From positions 288,001 to 352,000 of the forward strand of contig OZ241322.1 in the NCBI GenBank assembly GCA_965199715.1: a DNA stretch of 64,000 nucleotides. Direction: 5' to 3'. Position numbers and translations under genes: made by a program. Source of the DNA: Vicinamibacteria bacterium. GTDB taxonomy: Bacteria; Acidobacteriota; Vicinamibacteria; Marinacidobacterales; Marinacidobacteraceae. Below the pieces are notes generated by a model. The model was given only the letters and a program-made list of their open reading frames with translations. It was not told the DNA's origin and made no database searches. This document shows positions 57,413 through 64,000 of the stretch, one piece after another (positions within the stretch are counted from its first letter, which is position 1; every line of letters starts with the position of its first letter).

Positions 57413-60400
57413 TCACTGGAAGTCCCGGCTTGGGATGTCGGGGGCCGCGATTTCCGGGCGGAAGAGGCGCTCCACGATGACGTGGGTCACCCCCTGGCCG
57501 GCCTCGGGGCCGGCGGAGCTCCGCTCGGTCTCGATCCGTCCGGAGACGCCGAGGAACGACAGCGTCAGGGCGAGGCGGCGCTGGCGCTCGAAGACGTCCG
57601 GCCAGAGGATCAGATTCACGAACCCGGTCTCGTCCTCAAGCGTCATGAACAGCACTCCCGAAGCGGTGCCCGGACGCTGCCGGCAGATCACGAGGCCGGC
57701 GTAGCGGACCTCATTCCCCGAGCGCATCGCCGCCACTTCCCGCGCGGTCGGAAGCCCGTCGGCCTTGAGCCGACCCCGAAGCGGCTCGAGCGGGTGGCCG
57801 CGCACGCTGTGACGGGTCGTCCGGTGGTCCCACGCGATGGACTCGAAGGAGTCGAGCCCGGCGAACCGGGGCGCGGGCTCTTGCAGCAGCGACTCGCCGG
57901 CCTCCCCGGCGGCGCCGAGCGCGGTCCAGACCGCCTCCCGGCGGTTCTTCGGGCCGAGGCCCCGGAAGGCGTCGGCCTCGGCGAGCGCGGCGAGCGCCTT
58001 CTTGCCGAGACCGGTCCGGCGGGCCAGATCCTCGATGGAGGCGAATCGCCCCTCGTTCCGGGCGCGGAGCAGTTTCGCCGCCTCGGCCTCGCCGAGCCCC
58101 TTCACGTATCGAAGGCCCATGCGGATCGCCGGCGCGTCCTTCCCGAACGGCTCGAGCGCGCAGTCCCAGCCGCTTCGGTTCCCGTCCACCGGGAGGAACC
58201 GCACCCCGCGCCGGCCCGCGTCCTGGATGATCGTGGAAGGCTGGTAGAAGCCCATCGGCTGGGCGTTCAGGAGCGCGCAGACCGACTCCGCCGGGTAGTG
58301 CCGGAGGATCCACGCGCCGGCGTAGCTGATGAGCGCGAAGCTCGCGGCGTGGCTCTCGGGGAACCCGTACTCGCCGAACCCCTGGATCTGCTGGACGATC
58401 CGCTCGGCGAACTCACGGGCGACGCCTCGGGCGGTCATCCGCGAGATCAGCCGCGTCCGGTGCCCGCCGATGCTGCCGGCGCGCCGCCACGCCGCCATGT
58501 CGCGGCGAAGCTGGTCCGCCTCGCCGGGCGAGTAGTCCGCCGCCACCACCGCGAGCCGCATCACCTGCTCTTGGAAGAGCGGCACTCCGAGCGTCTTCTC
58601 CAGCACCGGAACCAGCAGCGGGTGGGGGTACTCCACCGGTTCCTCGCCGCGCCGGCGGCGGAGATAGGGATGGACCATGCCCCCCGCGATCGGGCCGGGG
58701 CGGACGATGCTGATCTGGATGACGAGGTCGTAGTAGTTCTCGGGGCCGAGCCTCGGGAGCATGGACATCTGGGCGCGGCTCTCGATCTGGAACACCCCCA
58801 CGGTGCGCGCCTCGCGGATCATGGCGAAGGTCTCCGGGTCGTTCGGGGGGATGCTCGCCATGTCGAGGTCCACGCCCCGGGACTCGCGCAGCAGGCGGAA
58901 GGCGAGATCGAGCTGGGTGAGCGCCCCGAGCGCCAGCAGGTCCACCTTGAACAGGCCGAGCGCCTCGATGTCGTCCTTGTTCCACTGGATCACCGTCCGC
59001 CCCGGCATCGCCGCCCGCTCCACCGGGACGATCGTGGAGACCGGCTCCCGCCCGAGGAGGAAGCCCCCGGGATGGATCGAGAGGTGGCGGGGGAACCCCT
59101 GGATCTCGCCGACCAGCCGGATGAGATGGCGCACCGCCGGGGTCTCGGGCGACCACCCCGCCGCCTGGAGCGACCGGTCGGAGGCCGGCTCGTCGCGGGA
59201 GAAGCGCCGCGCCAGCCGGTCCACCGCTCCGGCGGAGAAGCCGAGCGCCTTGCCGAGGTCCCGGACCGCCGAACGGGTCCGGTAGCGGACGGTGTTCGCC
59301 ACCATCGCCGCCCGGTCCTCGCCGTACTTCCGGTACACGAAGCGGATCACCTCCTCGCGACGGGCGTGCATGACGTCCAGATCCATGTCCGGGGGCTCGG
59401 CCCGCTCCCGCGAGAGGAAGCGCTCGAACAGGAGGCGCATCCGCACCGGGTCCACCGCGGTGATCCCGAGGCAGTAGCAGACCGCCGAATTCGCCGCCGA
59501 GCCGCGCCCCTGGCAGAGGATCCGGTTCTCCTCGCAGAAGCGGACGATCTCATGCATGGTCAGGAAGTAGCCGCCGTAGTCGAGCTCCTCGATCAGCTCC
59601 AGCTCCTTCAGAAGCTGGCGGCGCACCGGCTCGGGGACGCCCTCGGGCCAGCGGCGGGCGGCGCCCTCGAAGGTCCGCTTCCGGAGCGCGTCCCCGTCGC
59701 CCTCCAGCGGGTAGCGGTAGCGGACGTCGTCGAGGGAGAAGCGGCAGCGCTCGCCGATCTCGAGGCTGCGGGCCACCGCCGCCGGGTGGTCGGCGAAGAG
59801 CGCGGCGAAGTTCGCCCCGGCGCGGAGGAAGTACTCGGCGTTCGGGCGCAGGAGGCGGCCCGCCCGGGCCAGCGGGGTCCGATGGCGGATCGCGGTGAGC
59901 GCGTCCTGGAGGTCGCGGCGACCCGGACGGTGGTAGAGCACCTCGGTGGCCGCGACCAGCGGCGCCTGGTAGCGCGCCGCGCGCTCCCGAAGGCGCGCCT
60001 CCTCGGGAACGTCGGAGTCGCGGGCGTGCCGGGGGAGCAGGATGGAGAGGCGCTCGCCGAAGGCGTCCCGGAACAGGCGGCCCTCGCGGTCGGGCGGGCC
60101 GTCGTCGAGGAGCGGCGTCCGGCCCGTCCCCCAAAGCGCCTGGAGCCCCTCGGCCGCTTCCGCGATCTCCTCGGGGCGGACGCCCGAGGTCCGGGTCCCC
60201 ATGGGGGCGCCGTCGTCGGCCTCGACCCGATGGGAACTCCGCATGAACCCCCGGGTCAGCAGCCGGCAGAGGTTCTTGTAGCCGGTCCCGTTCTCCGCGA
60301 GCAGCACGATCCCCCCGGCGGGCGCCCCGTCCTCTCCCAGAATTCCCGCCTCGGCCCCCACCACGAGCCGGAGACCGAGGTTCCGAGCCTCCACGTGGGC

Positions 60401-60544
60401 CTGCACCATGCCGCCGAGGCTCTCCCGGTCGGTGAGCGCGAGGCCCGGCAGGCCGATGGCGTGGGCCTCGGTCACGAGCTCCTGCGGGTGGCTCGCGCCC
60501 TCGAGGAGCGAGGCGTTGCTCTTGCACCACAGCGGGTAGTACAC
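57413..60544 (-). CDS. dnaE2: Error-prone DNA polymerase DnaE2 (ImuC)
   Basis: SLLEGASHP, GRGSAANS, FERFLSRERAEPPDMDLD, YGFPESHAASF, C-terminal SRDFQ. Confidence 0.96.
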   Translation of the reverse strand: MYYPLWCKSNASLLEGASHPQELVTEAHAIGLPGLALTDRESLGGMVQAHVEARNLGLRLVVGAEAGILGEDGAPAGGIVLLAENGTGYKNLCRLLTRGFMRSSHRVEADDGAPMGTRTSGVRPEEIAEAAEGLQALWGTGRTPLLDDGPPDREGRLFRDAFGERLSILLPRHARDSDVPEEARLRERAARYQAPLVAATEVLYHRPGRRDLQDALTAIRHRTPLARAGRLLRPNAEYFLRAGANFAALFADHPAAVARSLEIGERCRFSLDDVRYRYPLEGDGDALRKRTFEGAARRWPEGVPEPVRRQLLKELELIEELDYGGYFLTMHEIVRFCEENRILCQGRGSAANSAVCYCLGITAVDPVRMRLLFERFLSRERAEPPDMDLDVMHARREEVIRFVYRKYGEDRAAMVANTVRYRTRSAVRDLGKALGFSAGAVDRLARRFSRDEPASDRSLQAAGWSPETPAVRHLIRLVGEIQGFPRHLSIHPGGFLLGREPVSTIVPVERAAMPGRTVIQWNKDDIEALGLFKVDLLALGALTQLDLAFRLLRESRGVDLDMASIPPNDPETFAMIREARTVGVFQIESRAQMSMLPRLGPENYYDLVIQISIVRPGPIAGGMVHPYLRRRRGEEPVEYPHPLLVPVLEKTLGVPLFQEQVMRLAVVAADYSPGEADQLRRDMAAWRRAGSIGGHRTRLISRMTARGVAREFAERIVQQIQGFGEYGFPESHAASFALISYAGAWILRHYPAESVCALLNAQPMGFYQPSTIIQDAGRRGVRFLPVDGNRSGWDCALEPFGKDAPAIRMGLRYVKGLGEAEAAKLLRARNEGRFASIEDLARRTGLGKKALAALAEADAFRGLGPKNRREAVWTALGAAGEAGESLLQEPAPRFAGLDSFESIAWDHRTTRHSVRGHPLEPLRGRLKADGLPTAREVAAMRSGNEVRYAGLVICRQRPGTASGVLFMTLEDETGFVNLILWPDVFERQRRLALTLSFLGVSGRIETERSSAGPEAGQGVTHVIVERLFRPEIAAPDIPSRDFQ

Positions 60545-60568
60545 GGGCGACTCAGCGGCGGGCCGGCC

Positions 60569-62161
60569 TCATTCCACCCGTCCCTCCAGAAACCAGTCGC
60601 GCCGCTCTCGGTCGTAGAACACCCAGCAGGTCTCGCCGGTCTTCAGGGAGGCGAAGTAGTAGTCCCGGACGACCGGCCTGCCGGAGAGCCGCCGCCACCA
60701 TCCCCCGGAAATCCGGTAGGGGCCGACCGCCGAGACCACCGAACCGTGCTCCACGCCCCGGAGCAGCCAGCCGTCCGGCTCCGCCGAGTCCCGGTGGGGC
60801 AGGGCGAGCGGCTCGTCGTAGATCCGCCGGACGATCGCCGGGGCTCCGGGCAGCCGCCCGCCGTCCCCGCCCTCCATGAGGATCGGTTCGGAGGCGGGCT
60901 TCGGCGCGGCGGGCCGGGACCGGGGAAACGCCCGATCCGCCGGAACCGGCCGGCAGCGGTACCGCTCGGCCGGCAGCCAGCCGTCGCGCTTCTCGATCCG
61001 GAACAGGCAGCTCTCGCCGAACTCGGCCTGGACCCGGGCGAGCCCGCCCGCCGCGAGCTTCCGTTGGCGCGGAGAGGTTCCGAACAGCCCGGCCTGCTCG
61101 GAGAGCGCCGCCCCGCCGTGCGCGCGGAGGACTAGGCAGGCGACGCGGCCGCCGCCCTGGGCCAGCTCGCGGTCGAACCGGAGGCGCAGCAGGGAGAGGA
61201 TCCGGACCGCGTCCGCCGAGGGCTCCGCCGGAACCACCTCGCCTTCCCGGCGGCCGTCCTCCTCGTCGTCGATCCGGTAGGCGAGCTTCCGGAGCGCGAG
61301 GCCCCGATGGCCCAGATCGGCCAGCAGTCCGTCCACGAGCCGCTTGACCTGGAAGAGCAGCCGCTCGCCGTCCGACTCCGGCGGCTCGAAGTCCATGCGC
61401 CGCTCGAGCGGCCGCTCGGGGCGGAAGACGTCGCCGGCCATCGTCTCGACGGCGCCCGAGGCCAGGCGATGCAGCTGGGCGATCTCGACCCCGAACCGGT
61501 TCCGGAGCCCGCCGGCCGGCTGCCGGAGCAGATCCCCGAGGGAGCGGACGCCGAGCCGGTCGAGGGCGGCGAGCGTCGGGGCGGGCAGGCCGAAGGAGAC
61601 GAGCGGAGTCCGGCCCGCCGCCTCGCGCTCCTTCTCCAGGTCGGGGAAGACCCGCATCCCGAAGGACGCGCGGGCGGCGGCGAAAGAGCCGAACCGGGTG
61701 AATCCCACCGTCACCGAGGCCTGGAACCCCCGCTCGGCCAGGTCCTCGCGGATGGCGGCGCCCCATTCGGAGGGCGACCCGAAAAGCGTCGAGAGGCCGG
61801 AGGCCACCAGCCAGAAGGTCCCCGACGCGCCGCGGCCGTCCAGAAGCGGAGCGAGCGCGTCGGCCAGCTCGACCTGCGGGCTCCATCGCCGCAACCGGGA
61901 CGCGACCGCTTCGGCCTCCTTGCGGACTTCCGGCTCGGAAACCCAGCCGGCGCGCAGGTCGGGGCAGACCGCGGCGGCCGTGGGGTGGCGCATGCCGACG
62001 CGCACGCCCTGACGGATCGCGGCGCGGTTCGCCGAGGCGATCCGGGCGAGGGCGCCGTCCTCGGTCAGCGACGCCGCCGGACCGTCCCGCCAGTCCGGAC
62101 GGCTCCGCAGCAGGATCTGCAGCGGAAACGCCGGCAGGTCAACGCAGGCCGTTCGGCTCAC
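60569..62161 (-). CDS. imuB: Inactive Y-family polymerase ImuB
   Basis: ACVDLPAFPLQ, GVRVGM, clamp motif QAGLF, C-terminal GPYRISGGWW...RDYY...WVFYD...W.L.G; position in cassette. Confidence 0.9.
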   Translation of the reverse strand: MSRTACVDLPAFPLQILLRSRPDWRDGPAASLTEDGALARIASANRAAIRQGVRVGMRHPTAAAVCPDLRAGWVSEPEVRKEAEAVASRLRRWSPQVELADALAPLLDGRGASGTFWLVASGLSTLFGSPSEWGAAIREDLAERGFQASVTVGFTRFGSFAAARASFGMRVFPDLEKEREAAGRTPLVSFGLPAPTLAALDRLGVRSLGDLLRQPAGGLRNRFGVEIAQLHRLASGAVETMAGDVFRPERPLERRMDFEPPESDGERLLFQVKRLVDGLLADLGHRGLALRKLAYRIDDEEDGRREGEVVPAEPSADAVRILSLLRLRFDRELAQGGGRVACLVLRAHGGAALSEQAGLFGTSPRQRKLAAGGLARVQAEFGESCLFRIEKRDGWLPAERYRCRPVPADRAFPRSRPAAPKPASEPILMEGGDGGRLPGAPAIVRRIYDEPLALPHRDSAEPDGWLLRGVEHGSVVSAVGPYRISGGWWRRLSGRPVVRDYYFASLKTGETCWVFYDRERRDWFLEGRVE

Positions 62162-62882
62162 GACAGACTCCCTCGAAGCGGAACCCCGGGGGCAGGGAGG
62201 CTTCGGAAGATTGGCCCTTGTCCTTGAGGACGGTGACCGCGAGCTCCTTGCCCTGGGGACCCCGTCGGCTCGCGTCGTAGCGCTTCACGATCCTCGGGTC
62301 CAGCGAGGGCATGCCGGAGCCCTTCGCGGTCAGGAGGACCACCGCGTTCCCGTGTCGCCTCGCCAGCGCCGACAGCCGGGCCAGCGGCGGAACCCGCGGC
62401 CGCGACCGCTCCGGGCGACCGCTCCGGAACGGCCGCCGGGCGCCGCCGAGGCGGGGCTGCTCCGCGTCCGCGAGATCCACCACCACCAGCCCGAACGCTC
62501 CGGCATGGGCGAGATGGGTCGCCGCCCGGATCTGGGCTTCGGTCCCCTCCACCCGGACGAGGACGATGCGCTCCGGCGCCGCTCCGGACCGCTCGGCGTC
62601 CGGCGGATAGAAGACGCTCCGGGGAGACCCGACCCAGGCGACGAAGCCGTGCCGCTCCTCGTCCTCCTGGGCTTCGGCGACCAGCCGGAGCGCCGCCGTC
62701 AGCGCGCCCGAAGCCGGCCCGCCCGAGATCTCGACGAGGCATCCGAGAAGCGGCCGCAGCCCGAAGACCGGAGCGGGAAGCCGCTTGCGGGAGAACCCTC
62801 CCGCAGCGGGGGCCGGAAACGGCAGGACCGCCGGAGCGGGCGGTTCCGGTTGGAGCTTTCGCAGGGGCAACATCGCGCTCAC
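62139..62882 (-). CDS. imuA: RecA-like ImuA
   Basis: LVEISG...SGALT degenerate P-loop, FYPPD, GAFGLVVVDL; GTGA-coupled to lexA. Confidence 0.85.
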   Translation of the reverse strand: MSAMLPLRKLQPEPPAPAVLPFPAPAAGGFSRKRLPAPVFGLRPLLGCLVEISGGPASGALTAALRLVAEAQEDEERHGFVAWVGSPRSVFYPPDAERSGAAPERIVLVRVEGTEAQIRAATHLAHAGAFGLVVVDLADAEQPRLGGARRPFRSGRPERSRPRVPPLARLSALARRHGNAVVLLTAKGSGMPSLDPRIVKRYDASRRGPQGKELAVTVLKDKGQSSEASLPPGFRFEGVCREPNGLR

Positions 62883-63490
62883 CGAAGGCTGCGGCGCAGC
62901 TCCACGACCCGGCCGAGGATCCGGCAGGAATCCGGGTTGGGTCGGAGGATTTCGAAAGCGGGGTTCTCCGGGCGCAGCTCCACCCCCCCCGCGCTCCGGT
63001 GGAACCGCTTCACCGTGGCCTCTCCCTCCACGAGCGCCACGACCACCTGACCGTTCGCCGGCTCGACGCCGCGCTCCACGACCACCGTGTCGCCGGGGAG
63101 GATGCCGGCCCCCGTCATGCTCTCTCCCCGGACCCGGAGCGCGAGGAAGTCCTCCGGATCCCGGCTTGGGGAAAGTTCGACCGGGAGGAAGCCCTCGGGG
63201 TTCTCGACGGCCTCCTCGAAGCCGCCCGCGGCGACCTCGCCCAGAATGGGAATCGGCTGGGCGGGCACCGCAAGCCGGTCGGGAAGGCGGTAGCCCCGCG
63301 CCCGGCCCGGCTCCCGCAACAGCCTTCCTTCCCGCACCAGCGCGGTCAGGTGCGCCCTTGCGGTCTCCAGGGCGCGAAACCCGAAGTGGTCCCGGATTTC
63401 CCGCAGGGAAGGGGAATCCCCCCGCTGGAGCCGCTGGCGGACGAAGCGGAAGATCCGTTCCCGGGTCTGGCCGGGAGGCGTCTTGGGCAT
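62879..63490 (-). CDS. lexA: SOS repressor LexA
   Basis: Winged HTH PSLREI..HFGF, VAAG cleavage site, GESM Ser, TVKR Lys. ATG 63490 preferred over the track start 63511. Confidence 0.94.
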   Translation of the reverse strand: MPKTPPGQTRERIFRFVRQRLQRGDSPSLREIRDHFGFRALETARAHLTALVREGRLLREPGRARGYRLPDRLAVPAQPIPILGEVAAGGFEEAVENPEGFLPVELSPSRDPEDFLALRVRGESMTGAGILPGDTVVVERGVEPANGQVVVALVEGEATVKRFHRSAGGVELRPENPAFEILRPNPDSCRILGRVVELRRSLR

Positions 63491-63497
63491 GCCCGGA

Positions 63498-63527
63498 ACG
63501 GTAACAGACATTTGTCTGTTATCGCAA
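63498..63527 (-). promoter_or_regulatory. Putative lexA promoter (TTGCGA-N18-TACCGT, extended TG) containing palindromic operator 63502-63521
   Basis: Perfect 9-bp inverted arms TAACAGACA/TGTCTGTTA in an AT-rich patch; the -10 is 7 nt before the ATG. Confidence 0.75.
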
Positions 63528-63535
63528 ATCCGGGA

Positions 63536-64000
63536 TCAGAAGGGGACCTCGTCCTCCTCGTCGTTCTGCTCCACGCCGCTGCTCCGCTCCGGCGCGTACC
63601 GCGGCGCCGGCTCCGTCCGCCGCAGCTTCTCGTTGAACCCGTCGTCCGCGCGGCCCGAATCCGTGCGCGCCGCCGGCTCCCCGGTGCCGTCGCTTCCCAC
63701 CACGGTCTGCGCGATCGTCTCGGTCGAACGGCGCTCGCTTCCGTCGCGGGCGGTGTACTTGCGGCTCTCGACGTGCCCCACCACGAAGACCCGCTGGCCC
63801 TTGCCCAGCTCCCGCTCCATCCGGTCCGCGAGCGAACCGAAGGCCGTCACCGAATGCCACTCGGTCTCCTCGACCTCGCCGGGGGGCGGGGGCCAGCCCG
63901 AGCTGGTCGCCACTCCCACGCTGGCGCCGGACCGGCCGAACCTGCGGACCTGGCTAATGTTGCCGAGGATGAACGATCGGTTCCGCTGCGGCTCGGCGTC
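63536..64000 (-). CDS. ssb: Single-stranded DNA-binding protein (5' partial)
   Basis: NRSFILGN, VATS, TEWHSVTAFG, KGQRVFVVG, RKYTARDG, acidic tail DEVPF; frame open to the window edge. Confidence 0.88.
   Translation of the reverse strand, partial: DAEPQRNRSFILGNISQVRRFGRSGASVGVATSSGWPPPPGEVEETEWHSVTAFGSLADRMERELGKGQRVFVVGHVESRKYTARDGSERRSTETIAQTVVGSDGTGEPAARTDSGRADDGFNEKLRRTEPAPRYAPERSSGVEQNDEEDEVPF

Noticed and set aside
62139-62882. Calling this gene recA
   Set aside because: Short, lacks an intact Walker A GKT, and sits in the imu cassette.
63491-63511. Track start of lexA at 63511
   Set aside because: That ATG lies inside the operator/promoter; ATG 63490 fits the promoter spacing better.

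Overview
Very GC-rich, gene-dense bacterial chromosome segment. Gene order (fmt-rsmB-PASTA-rpe-bamD; guaA-dnaE-accA-lptC/A-lptB-rpoN-PTS; an ADOP-type permease relic) suggests Acidobacteriota, which is an inference. It holds about 53 CDS plus tRNA-Gly(CCC), mostly housekeeping genes chained by 4-bp start/stop overlaps. Most very long ORFs in the track are GC-driven shadow frames. The right end (55.3-64 kb) is accessory-like: a broken ABC permease, a membrane-anchored ankyrin protein and a complete lexA-imuA-imuB-dnaE2 mutagenesis cassette downstream of an unusual ssb. Best leads: (1) a perfect 9-2-9 palindrome TAACAGACA-NN-TGTCTGTTA filling the lexA promoter spacer, a candidate new LexA box (AGAC-N4-GTCT); (2) a soluble non-RD Ser/Thr kinase with a C-terminal Zn ribbon directly upstream of recX, plus a kinase-less PASTA membrane protein at the position prkC occupies in Firmicutes (possible split PrkC system); (3) a window-wide TANNNT-N6-9-start leaderless promoter pattern, with -10 boxes built into upstream TAG stops and overlapping bidirectional -10s; (4) a near-consensus sigma54 site upstream of the operon that encodes rpoN. 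No CRISPR array, integrase or transposase was seen. Start codons are my own calls, not database-verified.
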